From: Escherichia phage vB_EcoP_SP5M
DNA: 64,000 bases
Sequence record: NC_070869.1
Strand: one strand, 5' to 3'
Below the pieces are notes generated by a model that made no database searches, had not been told where the DNA came from, and was given only the letters and a program-made list of their open reading frames with translations. Made by a program: the position numbers and the translations under genes. Shown here piece after piece: positions 38,101 through 46,309 of this stretch (position 1 is the first letter of the stretch; each line of letters starts with the position of its first letter).

Positions 38101-39503
38101 AATGTTTTACCAACCAGAGAAGCACCAGCCAGAGTAGTACGAAGAGCAGGACCAGCAGCAGCTCCGGCAGCTTTAACAGTTGCACCTGGAGCTTGAGCAA
38201 CCCCAGCACTACCGAAGCCATAAAGTGCACCAAGACCTGCTTGCTCACCAACCCCTTTGAGAGTGTCACGGGATGCATCAACATTTTCCTTGATTGCACG
38301 GTTCTGGGCATACTGACCAAAGCCTGACTGAATACCTTCCTCTACAGTCTCACGAAGCATATTAGAACCAGCACCTGCCAGTGAACCTACCTTAAGTGGA
38401 TTAAGTTCAAACTTGGATACCAGTGGACCAGTAGCAGCAGCAACTGGGGCAGTTAAGCCAGCAGCAATGATACCTGTTTCGGATGCAGTCTGACGACGTG
38501 CTTCATCAGGAGATAATCCATCAGCAATATGTTGTTGGTAAACAGGAGATTTACTTGCCAGTTCTTGATGAGGCATCTTCATGATTTCAGAAGCAGTCTG
38601 TTGGTATGCACCACCAGCTTCCATACCACCGATTGCAATAGCAGGTGCAGCAACACGACCAGCAGACAATGCAACCTGTGCAGGACGTGAACCTAACTCA
38701 GCAGCTAAGGTAATACCCTTAACAGCTTTATCCCCTCCTACCATTACTTTACCGAGTGCAGATACACCACGGATAAGTGGACCACCAGTAAAGAGGGAAC
38801 CAACACCTTCACTCAGTCCATCGGAGGCAGCCATACCATTATCAAGTGTATTAGCAACAGAATCGAAAGCATCACGACCAATGCGGGACAAGGAGGCAAC
38901 CAAATCGCTCTCCCCGTTTTTGATGTCTTGTTCATAAAGTTTCTGGTTCTTTTGAGCAGAAATCTGGTTCTGATTCTGAACAACTTTACGGGTAGCATTC
39001 AGTGCATCAGACTGTAAATTGTGTACACCTTCATTCAACCAATCCATCCCGGAAGCAATGGATGCCCCGGCATTATCATTGACCAGACCTGTGCCAAGAG
39101 CAGCAATGCCCCCAAGGGTATTAGCAACACCAAGACCAACACCAGAAAGAGTATCGCCAAATGCTTCTGCGTTAGTACGTTGTTTAGATAAGTCCTGACG
39201 TACAGCATCAGCAGCATTAGCTCGGCTATTAAGAATTTGTAGACCCTGCTCATTACCGTATTTATTAATGATTTCTAAGGGGGAGGCTTGAGTGAAATCT
39301 GCCTGAAGTGAACCTGGTTCGAATGCACCGATTCCAAGATTACCTACTCGTCCGGTCTGGAGATTGTAAGCATTCTCTGGGGTTAATTGGAAAGGGCTTT
39401 GCCCTTGTGCAGCTTGCTTCTGAGAGGTTGCAGTAGAGACATCGACTTGCTTAGCATTAGTGATGCTGTCTGCGAAACCTGCCAGACGGTCAAATGTTGA
39501 CAT
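29172..39503 (-). CDS. virion RNA polymerase (giant, N4 vRNAP-like)
   Basis: 3,443 codons from ATG 39503 (AGGAAA RBS; track start 39521 is TTG); size typical of N4-like virion RNAP; T7-like motif B with identical spacing R-x3-K-x7-YGS (RGIAKNPLTITIYGSG). Confidence 0.85.
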   Translation of the reverse strand: MSTFDRLAGFADSITNAKQVDVSTATSQKQAAQGQSPFQLTPENAYNLQTGRVGNLGIGAFEPGSLQADFTQASPLEIINKYGNEQGLQILNSRANAADAVRQDLSKQRTNAEAFGDTLSGVGLGVANTLGGIAALGTGLVNDNAGASIASGMDWLNEGVHNLQSDALNATRKVVQNQNQISAQKNQKLYEQDIKNGESDLVASLSRIGRDAFDSVANTLDNGMAASDGLSEGVGSLFTGGPLIRGVSALGKVMVGGDKAVKGITLAAELGSRPAQVALSAGRVAAPAIAIGGMEAGGAYQQTASEIMKMPHQELASKSPVYQQHIADGLSPDEARRQTASETGIIAAGLTAPVAAATGPLVSKFELNPLKVGSLAGAGSNMLRETVEEGIQSGFGQYAQNRAIKENVDASRDTLKGVGEQAGLGALYGFGSAGVAQAPGATVKAAGAAAGPALRTTLAGASLVGKTLAKAASPLTNILVQRGEEVAKRNEQASPVADATVNAAAQEAAAQAEQAQATVQEAVDAMDITPEEKAAATQYAADLTQAMKFDPVELEQANPVIREAVSGSTNRVEAIQKMADLVNTAEDPNVQMEAAIQMYDNIMSMDSFINRDPGALANLEQGSPAATIVDQFSGLMANVQNTPKVLRAFRAIHSMIQEQAEAGKLKATEEANQAQANNIAMAADVSPEVLDADSVNMVLKHASEGKITLGNRQRAALQSAAALLQGAREFDAKAEELGLRPQDIVSKQIKTDESRSNEGQYSALQHAKRIRSAYNSGNFDLASAYLSDFMKFAQHMQNKVGALNEHLISGNADKNKSVHYQALSPSREWVRSRTGLGVNPYDTKSVKFAQQVGLEAKTVADIANALATAYPELNVSHVKVTSLDPRLNKPAAQVVKEFRQGSLDAAQSQQTNEPVNQVDESPAPVQEDTTTVQPKSKPVVENKTAPTKETSPKAEEVSTTESETVDATQEVVETKTEMETVFPVYNNEKTPNQFLKAFTLPEEPKSRTIGSESPLTDIKQALSSAARFEAFTQKENNALTSDVMKRYQDLMDFGETLKTTLSERLAKFLANKNVGKRFAEGTEANRWVGGKLLNIVERDGDTFKFNDQLLETAVLAGLQWRLTATQNAAIKDMKDVAAITGVEASLLPESILAEFENAQTLVEATSSLAQKIESYWGLNRNPNAPLGYTKGIPMAMATEILSSLIEMGAVTETMLDVSEIDPDSNKTVGLYTINKLADKDPINDFPTAIEEAVLVNPEEKMYFGDDIPSVAQTQLRNPAVKNTPEQKAALKAEQATEFRVHMPMVNFYEALGRDNILELMGAGTLNPDLLNENTAKSLEGKNLSVSMAYDSLFGVINQIREQENGLDTPIHYSYNMTRVGRMQMLGKNNPQSSKLVREAILPTFSTIDLSNENSQAYSDFQLGLAQALGIKVHNMSREAMSEKLTKALEGNLKPAVDMMVEFDKSGHLPADAVDILKTSLGGDKSFVALMALMEYARYLNSDDRANFNTPLYVEADGVTNGPINAMVLMTGGKFTPDWIKNTAKGGLFFGKAGKTMNEHRSQDDSVDLYEASTNGLQQALNELRTTYRNNVPVMSQMNHLQKLMDLFIKDFNLNEDGTLDLKRGIAKNPLTITIYGSGARGIAGKMVSAITDTIYERLSDVLQARAADPSISPAMAMFGKEAASEADAQAMLDTFLTSMEALTGNVPVVRKGELSIQQVDGALTGKLNPQKFTVSGNALKNLQENMLYLFVEPMRTGIRNTVGEGLMHSTENLQKATQIQSLVLQDMFQQAVQAKLAEKEKDSTWKKGDFLTQKELNEIQESLSPLAPMIETGSQTFYIAGSENTDVANQVLATNLDDRMRVPMSIYAPSQAGVAGIPFMTIGTGDGMMMQTLSTMKGAPKNTLKIFDGMNIGISDITDASRKANEAVYTSWQGNPIKNVYDSYAKFMKNVDFSKLSDETKQAIAKSALEYDQREGATDDLLRAGAEQIERNLRNIALGVDIRHKVMNQVQTTVDQMAAVGAPYVNNGKISLEGLTVDQQVAKLNELFDAELNKRRDAVRAAKAEPVKEIPAMEQVGRVLKSGVRLLSNTAITKLAKEMSPEQQAVLKEVQKSLAAKDYKVVYGTPAQLDAYAIEKNITRPAPEDIEAAEAGNAYGWTNFDDKTIYLVTPSLETLVHELVHASTFESVLAHYEGTHNEAVQNIEDLMNQFRTLDVKNESPAVREAYADALITINGHLSNGFIEPAMAKAAALNEYMAWGLTNRELIGKQKKTTALKAMVQSVYEAIKRLVFGRKKAPANADDMFSGLLFNSSVVMRGQAPTAAVSKDTTLFHNKAYGDNTRLEELGQTFDKLITNYIGSEPVQQVIRKGKFSDAVVNATKVTRDVQAHGFTMNMQEQRLFTNIVAALATEAAISPAALSRVQEYYAHVTKNLTVEAFMADPDSTNPADRYYAQQKFDTIMGANNIEFDAQGRSSLLPTFVGLAMVSEEVRNVLANIPVMKADKKSGNTVDAMLTNIGTAAMSSLNARVAGDTKATNVQEGMDALAQTIMQTSLNAQSFYDSVATPSGNAIDRANQYLVDSIDALSTRALESAREVAANTKNPLVKGAAHAAQLVAAIATEKNGAIVAEGVMAAMNQGKVWQPFHDLINDLTGRTKSNASVYDLIKAVRAQVQADRQQFREHLPTTIASKFSRKLTNDEWKAMHTGMGKTDLAVLRDTMSLAEIRDLLSDQKIVDREVNKLEADLQKQAGRNWPLINRKSKQLAQYMINGTVGNNLLRNATAISRMLGERQAARSTVDVAQLDKLITLYALEAMNKSDREMLSSLAQTEVDGMDFATSYLVGQRKDEMAKAKSDPRATLNQYKGHIPSETKQGVNLIVAEDSQFGDLIEKSYVRLGTYQGSSANRGPARSYYFAPVQAQAPFSQGILQNVRDTAGGVDLGTGFTVGSMVAGRITDKPSVDRITKALARGERGNEPLLPVYDDKGNVVAYEQSIDPNMLKHIEGENHLARAIGVWRGRQVEEAKAQRFNDMLIENLHSMYENDIKMSASNKSQYVNLLGSKLDPVTADALKLMNSETRRKAESLFGEGELWVRRDMLNDALGYRAASVGDAWSGNSRWSPETLDTFKKAMLGVFGNRAYKYTMGGENLVQNLVKEAKTLIVVKSVVVPAVNFLANLYQMVARGVPVKNIAKSIPQKTAEINQYLKSRLRQVDAEAELRAATNPNQIRKLKAEIQSITDSHKRMSIWPLLEAGEFSSIADAGIGRDDILITEGKLHEYMDKLADKLPKSVRTAGRYALITKDTALFQGIQKTVEYSDFIAKAIIYDELTQRKGKTREEALGRVTEEFVNYDRLPGRFRGYMESVGLMWFYNFKIRSAKVAVSMIRNNPVHAAMAMLAPTPTMFGNVGLPIQDNIFSIAAKGSLDYSWGFGQGLRAHNLNPWMNLVN

Positions 39504-39561
39504 AGCATGTTTCCTGTTCAAACTTATATCGTATATAGGTAACTTACTCTACAGTAAGCCA

Positions 39562-39590
39562 GTTAAAGAAAAAAGCCCCGTAGGGCTTTT
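39562..39590 (-). terminator. terminator-like hairpin upstream of the RNA polymerase gene
   Basis: Stem GCCCC/GGGGC (with flanking A-T pair); on minus strand followed by TTTTTCTTTAAC. Confidence 0.5.
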
Positions 39591-39597
39591 ATTAGTA

Positions 39598-41562
39598 TTA
39601 CCGATTTTGTCTTGGTTGCATATACTCAGGCAGTCCTTGTGCCTGACGAAGGTATCGTTCAGCACGCTCCTTGTTTTCTTTCTCAACTGCCCGGTCTACA
39701 GAGGCCTGAGATTGGAAGTTACGTGGAGCCAGGTTTTGTGGGTCTGCTTGTACTTGTGCCTGTGCAGCTTGGAGCATTGCAGCAGCTTTAGTAACAGCCT
39801 CCTGACGTGCAGGTAACAGTGCAGTAAGACCACTTTGTCCGGTGTTAATCTTATTCTGGGTATTTGTCAGTGCAGCTACAGCAGCATCATAAGCAGTCTG
39901 TGCTGCCTGAATGTTCTGCATAGCCTGAGCACGACCTAGGTTACGAACACTACCTTCCAGTGGCTCTCCCCGTTTCACACCCTCAATTAACTGTTCTACC
40001 TGACGGTCATTAAGACGCATACCATTACCGGCTTCATTGGTAATGAATGGGTTAACTGCATCAATAGCACGACTAATATAACCTTCCGGTACACCAGTCT
40101 GTGCACGTTGCATAACAGCAGCAGCCATAGCTGGTGACATATTCCCACGTTGAGAAATATCGTTCAGTCGGTTCAGTACCCAGTTACGGTCAGCACCTTT
40201 AAAGTCGCCCTCCAACAGACGGTTAGCAATCTCACCTACTGGGGTATTATCAGTGACAGTACCAAGGAAATCAGTATTAAGACTACCGGTGTTATCCTGC
40301 ATAGAACGAGTACCAATCATACCCTGAGCCAGAGTAGATACTGCCTGATTACCTTGATTATTCTGAACCATAGCGAGCGGGTCAGACCCTACTTCTGCTT
40401 GGGCAATAACAGGTTTAATCTGTTCCCAAGTCATATCCTTATAAGCACCTGGGGTAGAGTTAGGCAGAGCAGCCCAGGTATCTTTAAGGTTACCGTTCTT
40501 ACGAGACTCGAAGATAGCCTTACCAATCTTATCCTGGTTCTCAGCAGAAAGTGGCTGGCTTTGCCAATCTGAACCAAGAACTTTGGGGGCGAAGTCTTTC
40601 AGGGTAGCTTGGTTAATCTGGAATGCTCCAACAGGTGAAGCTCCTTGGTTAGACTTCATACCATCCTGGTGCTTAATTACATCACCAATACTCATTTGAG
40701 TAATAGGAGTAGATGTACCAGCAAACTGGTAAGTAACATCGTAAGGGGAACCCTGACGAGTACCAGCAGTACCTGGAGCAGATGCAGCACCTACACCATT
40801 GCCATATACACCCGGGTAAGCATTAGCCAGTAATCCCTGCAAACGTGCCTGTGCAACTGGGGACAGGTTCTTACTATATGCTTCTGCTAACAGACGGGCA
40901 TCGTTGGGGTTCTCAGCACCACGGGTAATCTGTGCCATTACACCCATAGCAGCCTGACTATCAGCATCATTACGTTGAGCAACACCCAAATCAAAACGGT
41001 TCTGTGCCTGATTAATAGCCTGACCTCCCTGACCCTGAAGACTACCCATCATCTCCAGTTGTTGGTCAGCAGGCAGTGCAGACAGTGCCTCACGTGTCTG
41101 ACTTAATGCAGCATTAATACGGTTCTGGTCACCGGACTGATAAGCTTCAGACAGTAAACGAATAGCAGGGGAAGCATTATCTAATGCAGAGTTAGTATCC
41201 TGTAAACGACCAAAGAGATAAGCATTGTAGTCATTGGTTCCCTGCTGACCTTGTTGAGTCAGTAATGTACCTGCTCGCTCATCCAGGTTTTGAAGGGTAC
41301 GTTGGTTTACCAGTGAAGGGTCAACCCCCTGAAACAATGCACCAGATGCCAAAGCATTACGGTACTCATTCGGGTCTTGGTACTGCATAGCATTCATCAT
41401 GACGGCATTGCCAGCCTCCTGCTTGGCAGCGTTCTGGAAATTACCCAGTGCATCACTTAAGCCGGAGGTGGCATTACCAATCATGCTACCAAATGTGCGA
41501 ATGCTGTCACCAACTCCAGAGAAGTTAGGTGCATCAACATTTCTCCACGTTATCTGAGCCAT
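39598..41562 (-). CDS. virion protein with possible lytic transglycosylase-like motif
   Basis: 654 aa, Gln/Asn/Ala-rich; segment SPVGAFQINQATL resembles the GLMQI element of lysozyme-like transglycosylases; assignment weak. Confidence 0.4.
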   Translation of the reverse strand: MAQITWRNVDAPNFSGVGDSIRTFGSMIGNATSGLSDALGNFQNAAKQEAGNAVMMNAMQYQDPNEYRNALASGALFQGVDPSLVNQRTLQNLDERAGTLLTQQGQQGTNDYNAYLFGRLQDTNSALDNASPAIRLLSEAYQSGDQNRINAALSQTREALSALPADQQLEMMGSLQGQGGQAINQAQNRFDLGVAQRNDADSQAAMGVMAQITRGAENPNDARLLAEAYSKNLSPVAQARLQGLLANAYPGVYGNGVGAASAPGTAGTRQGSPYDVTYQFAGTSTPITQMSIGDVIKHQDGMKSNQGASPVGAFQINQATLKDFAPKVLGSDWQSQPLSAENQDKIGKAIFESRKNGNLKDTWAALPNSTPGAYKDMTWEQIKPVIAQAEVGSDPLAMVQNNQGNQAVSTLAQGMIGTRSMQDNTGSLNTDFLGTVTDNTPVGEIANRLLEGDFKGADRNWVLNRLNDISQRGNMSPAMAAAVMQRAQTGVPEGYISRAIDAVNPFITNEAGNGMRLNDRQVEQLIEGVKRGEPLEGSVRNLGRAQAMQNIQAAQTAYDAAVAALTNTQNKINTGQSGLTALLPARQEAVTKAAAMLQAAQAQVQADPQNLAPRNFQSQASVDRAVEKENKERAERYLRQAQGLPEYMQPRQNR

Positions 41563-41574
41563 GATGGTTTCCTA

Positions 41575-42018
41575 TTAACGGGTTAGTTTATTAGCTGCAA
41601 TGTAAGCATCAGCCGAAGACTGGTCACGGTTCTCTGCTGTAGCACGGCTACGAGCACGGTCTTCCAGTGCAGTGTTATAAGACTTAATCTGGTTATTCAG
41701 GTTAGTGTTAGTAACACTCTTAGTAAAGTTCAGCTGGTCTTTGGCTAACTTGTTAGCCTGGAAACCACTATAGATACCAGCTAAGGAACCAAGTGCACCC
41801 AGCCCTAGTTGGAAGGTAGGTACGTTCATGCCCAACTGATTAGCTGAACCAGACAAGAAAGAAGTAGGGGAGGATACTCCTGTACCTGCATTCATACCAA
41901 TAGTTGCACCAGGGGTATAGTTCATAGCTGGGGTATTAAAGTTCTGATTGTTATTAGGCATCCAAGACATAGCTCCTGGCTGAGGGGCTTGGTTGCCTGT
42001 TAAGAATGACAAATCCAT
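41575..42018 (-). CDS. hypothetical virion protein
   Basis: Start set to ATG 42018 with AGGAGA RBS (track start 42039 is TTG); Gly/Asn/Thr-rich. Confidence 0.45.
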   Translation of the reverse strand: MDLSFLTGNQAPQPGAMSWMPNNNQNFNTPAMNYTPGATIGMNAGTGVSSPTSFLSGSANQLGMNVPTFQLGLGALGSLAGIYSGFQANKLAKDQLNFTKSVTNTNLNNQIKSYNTALEDRARSRATAENRDQSSADAYIAANKLTR

Positions 42019-42031
42019 AAGGATTCTCCTG

Positions 42032-44686
42032 TTAAACAAGGTCAGTATTAAGAGTCATATCAGTGTAGCTGCCAATCATGTTTAGAGACATATCAGCTAT
42101 ATCTGAACCAGTCATAAGAGTACGTGAGAGGAAAGAATCCATCGACTCCATTGACACGAATTGCATAGGGTCAATTACACCCTGTCCAGCAGTACCAAAC
42201 ATTTCTTCATACTGCTTATTGATTGCCATCATATCGGTATTGTACTTCTGCATTACACTCTCTGCTTTCTGAATAGTAGCAGCCGTAGATGCATTAATAT
42301 ACTGGCTAATGCCATTACCCACTGAACTGGTAAGCTGCATGATGTTTTGGGCATTCATCATTTCGCTGGCTAAGGTAGATAAGGATGTACCAGTAGATAG
42401 AGCAGTACCAACATTCATAGCTACCATTGAAGCAACAGCAGCGATGATAAAACCTAGCTTATCACCAAACAGTGAAGTAGATACTTTAGTGACAATAGAT
42501 ATCATAATCATTGCAGCAATGGCGTTTGCTACAGCACCTACTATTACAGCAGCTAATCCAACAAAACCGAGTGATGCACCAACTGCACCATAAGCCCCAA
42601 GTATACCTACACCACCAGCACCCATAGTGAATACAGATACAACGACAGCAACTACAACAACCACAATCTTAAAGGCAGAAGTTTGATACCACTTCTTCTT
42701 AACCTTCTTATATGAGTTCATTACTAAGTAGGAACAAGCAGTAGACAGCTGAGTACTACGAGTCAGTGACATTGAACGGTAGATGTTAGTGTGCAGTGGG
42801 ATAATGAATCCACTCTCTTCTGCATCACCCATTGCTTCAGCAACATCAATGTTTACTGACTTGTTTTTATACACCCTGTTGCTGTGGTGCAGACCAAGTA
42901 CCCTAAGTTTACGATAGGTGTTATCACCATCTTGCCAAAGCAACTCATATTCCTGCATAGAGTAAAACGTAGGAGTAACTTCCAATCTTTTAGTTGAACC
43001 AGAGTTACTAGCTGTACGTATGTTCTTGCGTGTAAGGGTTATATCCCCTGCATACCTGGCTCGAAGTTGTCCTTGTTTAGCACCTGCCCATGCTTTACCA
43101 GAATGTGTAGTTTCAGATACATAATTCCAACGGATGGTCATGTCATACTTATAATGCTTACTACTATGCACCCTAAACTCTCGCTTAGGTATGACAGGAT
43201 ATTCCGGCAAGGGGGGTGGTGTTCCAACAATATGACCTTCCTGCCTGTTCCACCATTCTACGTATGCATCGACTGCATCATTAGCTGCCTGATAACCTGC
43301 AATCACTGATTCCAATGTAGGGTAGGTTGGGTCAGGTGGGAATGCTTCAGTAGCCATCTGAAAGAAACGATAGATATATTCCTTAGCAGTATCTTCTGGA
43401 GTATTAAGGGATACACCAAATGTGCCATAAATGTACTGAATATCACCTATGTCCTCATTCTTCTTAAGCTCCGTCATTACTTTATTAAGCTTACCACCAG
43501 TGGCTTTATAGAGAGCCTTCTTACAGTGGGGGTAAATTGGGTCATACTCTACCCATTGTTTATCATTCCTGATTGGGATGAATGGATAGAATCGGTTATC
43601 AGTAGCTTCAGTTTCAAACAGTGAGTCAAGTACAGCGTTGCCGGAATTGTACTTATAGATAAGCAGTTTGGGTGTACTAACAGCAGCCATCTCAGTATCA
43701 GTACGAGTAATCTGAGATGAGTATTTACGAACCAGTGTTTCCGTAGTTGTGGTGATTGTGTCAGTGCGAGTAACACCCCCACCTAAATCAACAACATTGG
43801 TAGTTACAGTAGTACTGGATTGTATCTCACCGAACTTTTTATGAGTCATTACTCTGTCAGATACAACTACAGTTACATCATCCGGCTTCTCAGTAAATCC
43901 TCTACGGTAAACCTTAACGTAAGAGTTCCAGTTATCTATGCTTGATTCAGTAACAGTACTGTCTTCATCTGGCCTACCATCAGAGTAAACAGAATGAGTC
44001 TGTATAGTCTTGGTAAGATTGGCTGTATTAGCTGTCGTATCACTTGAGATAGTAGTCCATAACAAAGTAGACGGTAAGTCATCCTCATCATCATAGACAG
44101 TAGTCGGACCTTCTACTGGTGGATTGGTAGTAGGTGACTTATAGAATGTGTAGTCAGCATAGAGATACAAAGCACCTGGTTCAAAGTTAGTAGGTGTGAA
44201 TGTAATAGTAGAGCCTCCATCTAAGGAGGTCATAGTAATTTCATTGGTATCTTCATCAATGTCTATGTCGAATCGTTCCATGATTCGACTTGGGGCATTT
44301 TCATAAAGATACTGGTCACACCATTGCTCAAAGTCAGCAAAGCCAATTTCTGCTGCCTGAACATAGACTGTTTCTCCAGCAGGTGGAGTAAGTTGACCCT
44401 GTATAACAGTAGGGTCAATCTTAGCCAGTACACCTAATGAAGAACCAGCCATACCAACTTCTGAATCATAGTGGTTTTTACTCCAGCTGGAGAACAGTCG
44501 CATACGAATACCAGGTCCGTTCAGATAACTATCGGAGATAGTATCTGCCATACTGAATCCTGTATTAGCAACAATATTACCAATAACCACAGTCTTCATA
44601 TAGTTTGGACGTTTATGTATATCCCCTGCCATGTTATAGACAGAGGATGCTACGTATACTTTGGTTTTCCCACTGAATAAGCCCAT
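42032..44686 (-). CDS. large virion protein with extended hydrophobic segment (putative ejection/channel protein)
   Basis: 884 aa; about 100-residue hydrophobic Ala/Val/Gly/Ile-rich stretch (VVVVVAVVVSVFTMGAGGVGILGAYGAVG...) near the C-terminus. Confidence 0.5.
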   Translation of the reverse strand: MGLFSGKTKVYVASSVYNMAGDIHKRPNYMKTVVIGNIVANTGFSMADTISDSYLNGPGIRMRLFSSWSKNHYDSEVGMAGSSLGVLAKIDPTVIQGQLTPPAGETVYVQAAEIGFADFEQWCDQYLYENAPSRIMERFDIDIDEDTNEITMTSLDGGSTITFTPTNFEPGALYLYADYTFYKSPTTNPPVEGPTTVYDDEDDLPSTLLWTTISSDTTANTANLTKTIQTHSVYSDGRPDEDSTVTESSIDNWNSYVKVYRRGFTEKPDDVTVVVSDRVMTHKKFGEIQSSTTVTTNVVDLGGGVTRTDTITTTTETLVRKYSSQITRTDTEMAAVSTPKLLIYKYNSGNAVLDSLFETEATDNRFYPFIPIRNDKQWVEYDPIYPHCKKALYKATGGKLNKVMTELKKNEDIGDIQYIYGTFGVSLNTPEDTAKEYIYRFFQMATEAFPPDPTYPTLESVIAGYQAANDAVDAYVEWWNRQEGHIVGTPPPLPEYPVIPKREFRVHSSKHYKYDMTIRWNYVSETTHSGKAWAGAKQGQLRARYAGDITLTRKNIRTASNSGSTKRLEVTPTFYSMQEYELLWQDGDNTYRKLRVLGLHHSNRVYKNKSVNIDVAEAMGDAEESGFIIPLHTNIYRSMSLTRSTQLSTACSYLVMNSYKKVKKKWYQTSAFKIVVVVVAVVVSVFTMGAGGVGILGAYGAVGASLGFVGLAAVIVGAVANAIAAMIMISIVTKVSTSLFGDKLGFIIAAVASMVAMNVGTALSTGTSLSTLASEMMNAQNIMQLTSSVGNGISQYINASTAATIQKAESVMQKYNTDMMAINKQYEEMFGTAGQGVIDPMQFVSMESMDSFLSRTLMTGSDIADMSLNMIGSYTDMTLNTDLV

Positions 44687-44687
44687 A

Positions 44688-45524
44688 TTAGTTCAGCCCG
44701 TTGTTAGACTTCAGCTTGGTCAGAATGGTATCAATACTTGCGTTAGTGAAACCATTAGGAGGATTCAAGCCCTCATCAATAGTCTTCTGTGTAATCCATG
44801 CATCAGTAAACAATTTAGCCGCTTTAACTTCTGCATCTCGTTGGTAAGAAGTAATCTGTTGGGAATACAATTCTTTCTGTTTACCAATAGAACCAAGAAT
44901 AGGTAATGCATCAGAACGGGTTTCTTGGGTCTGTGCACGCTGTACTTCATATTGTTCCTGTATCAAACGTTCTTGTGCAGGAAGAATTTTTTCTGAAGTA
45001 TACAGTGCAGCACAGTATGTTTCAGACTCAGTAGCAATCTTCATCTTAGTGAGGGCATATTCACTCTTAGCAGACAGTGCCTGAATCTTAGCCAGTACAA
45101 ACTGTGCCTTAGAAGTTGCCAGTTGAACACGTGCAGTAACTGCTTGAATCTGTGCCATAGCAGCAGCCCAGTATGCCTGGTCACGACCAAGTAAGAACTG
45201 AACAGCATTATTCATGCAGGCTTCCATCGTAGCAATGTACGCCTTGGTATATTCACCACCAGTAATACGGTTAGCTTTATACTCAGCTTTAAGGTGATTG
45301 TGTGCAGATTCCATTAATGCATCAAACGTACCACTACCACCTACTTCACGGGTAGTAAGTGATTCATTTGTTACTTTAGTAATAGCATCAAAGATTGGGG
45401 AGGAATCCCCACCAGGGATATCCCATTCAGGGCCAGACATATCAACATCAGGAAGGGTAAAGTCATCACCCTTAGTTAACTCATCTAGGAGACGGTTAGC
45501 TTCTACCTCAGCAGAACAAGACAT
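44688..45524 (-). CDS. hypothetical virion protein
   Basis: Start set to ATG 45524 (AGAGGA RBS spacing better than 45530). Confidence 0.45.
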   Translation of the reverse strand: MSCSAEVEANRLLDELTKGDDFTLPDVDMSGPEWDIPGGDSSPIFDAITKVTNESLTTREVGGSGTFDALMESAHNHLKAEYKANRITGGEYTKAYIATMEACMNNAVQFLLGRDQAYWAAAMAQIQAVTARVQLATSKAQFVLAKIQALSAKSEYALTKMKIATESETYCAALYTSEKILPAQERLIQEQYEVQRAQTQETRSDALPILGSIGKQKELYSQQITSYQRDAEVKAAKLFTDAWITQKTIDEGLNPPNGFTNASIDTILTKLKSNNGLN

Positions 45525-45540
45525 AATCATTCCTCTTGGT

Positions 45541-45578
45541 TCAAAAAGAAACGGCCCACGGAGTTACCCCAGTGAGCC
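45541..45578 (-). terminator. terminator-like hairpin
   Basis: Stem CGGCTCAC/GTGGGCCG (minus sense) followed by TTTCTTTTTG. Confidence 0.4.
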
Positions 45579-45600
45579 GTGTTGAACTGTAGCTTATACG

Positions 45601-46242
45601 TTAATCGTTCAGGCTACCAGCAGCAATCTGTGCTTGAGCCAGTTGAGCCAATTCTGCTTCAGTCAGCGGAGGCAATACTTCAATGGAGAACTCACGTGCT
45701 TCAGTTGCACGGATATCCGGTAAGCCATTCTTACCTTTACGGGTCGTAATGTTGATGAACTTACGTTCTTTTAGGAACTCATAAATACAGTACGGAATAT
45801 GATAACCATTGTCGGTGACTTCGCCGAACGGAACAAACTTACGTACAGTACCCATATATTCGTTAGCTACGGTGATAATCTCACCCGGCAGGTCTTTCTT
45901 CTTAGGGTCAAGGTTCTGGATACGTACACGAATCAGTCGAGTCTGTTCTGCACGAATCTTCTGACCCAGTGTCATTTTCTTAACACCTGCTTCTTGTTTT
46001 TCACCCAAAGGATTAACAGCAGCTTCTTTTACTTCTGGTTCATCTTTTACTTGTGCAGCTTCAATCTTCTCACGAAGCTTCTCAACGGAGATGTTGTTAG
46101 AGAACTTAATATTCATCAACGTTGCACGTTGCTTAAGAACATCAAGTTCGCTAGGCATTGCAATATCGTTAACGGTATCTTCGTTGCCCTGTACGTCCAG
46201 TTCTACGTCAGTGGTCGGTTTATCGTTAATGCTCATGTTCAT
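45601..46242 (-). CDS. hypothetical protein
   Basis: ATG with AGGAAA RBS; 213 codons, acidic. Confidence 0.45.
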   Translation of the reverse strand: MNMSINDKPTTDVELDVQGNEDTVNDIAMPSELDVLKQRATLMNIKFSNNISVEKLREKIEAAQVKDEPEVKEAAVNPLGEKQEAGVKKMTLGQKIRAEQTRLIRVRIQNLDPKKKDLPGEIITVANEYMGTVRKFVPFGEVTDNGYHIPYCIYEFLKERKFINITTRKGKNGLPDIRATEAREFSIEVLPPLTEAELAQLAQAQIAAGSLND

Positions 46243-46309
46243 ATTTCCTGTGGTTCAACTAGTTTTGTTAAGAGGGGGACTTATGTCCCCCTTACTTTAT
46301 TTAGGACTA

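Noticed and set aside
29172-39503. Numerous 60-190-codon ORFs on the plus strand within the RNA polymerase gene (for example 36726-37289, 32145-32585)
   Set aside because: All are embedded in the giant minus-strand ORF, lack ribosome-binding sites and have no recognisable domains.
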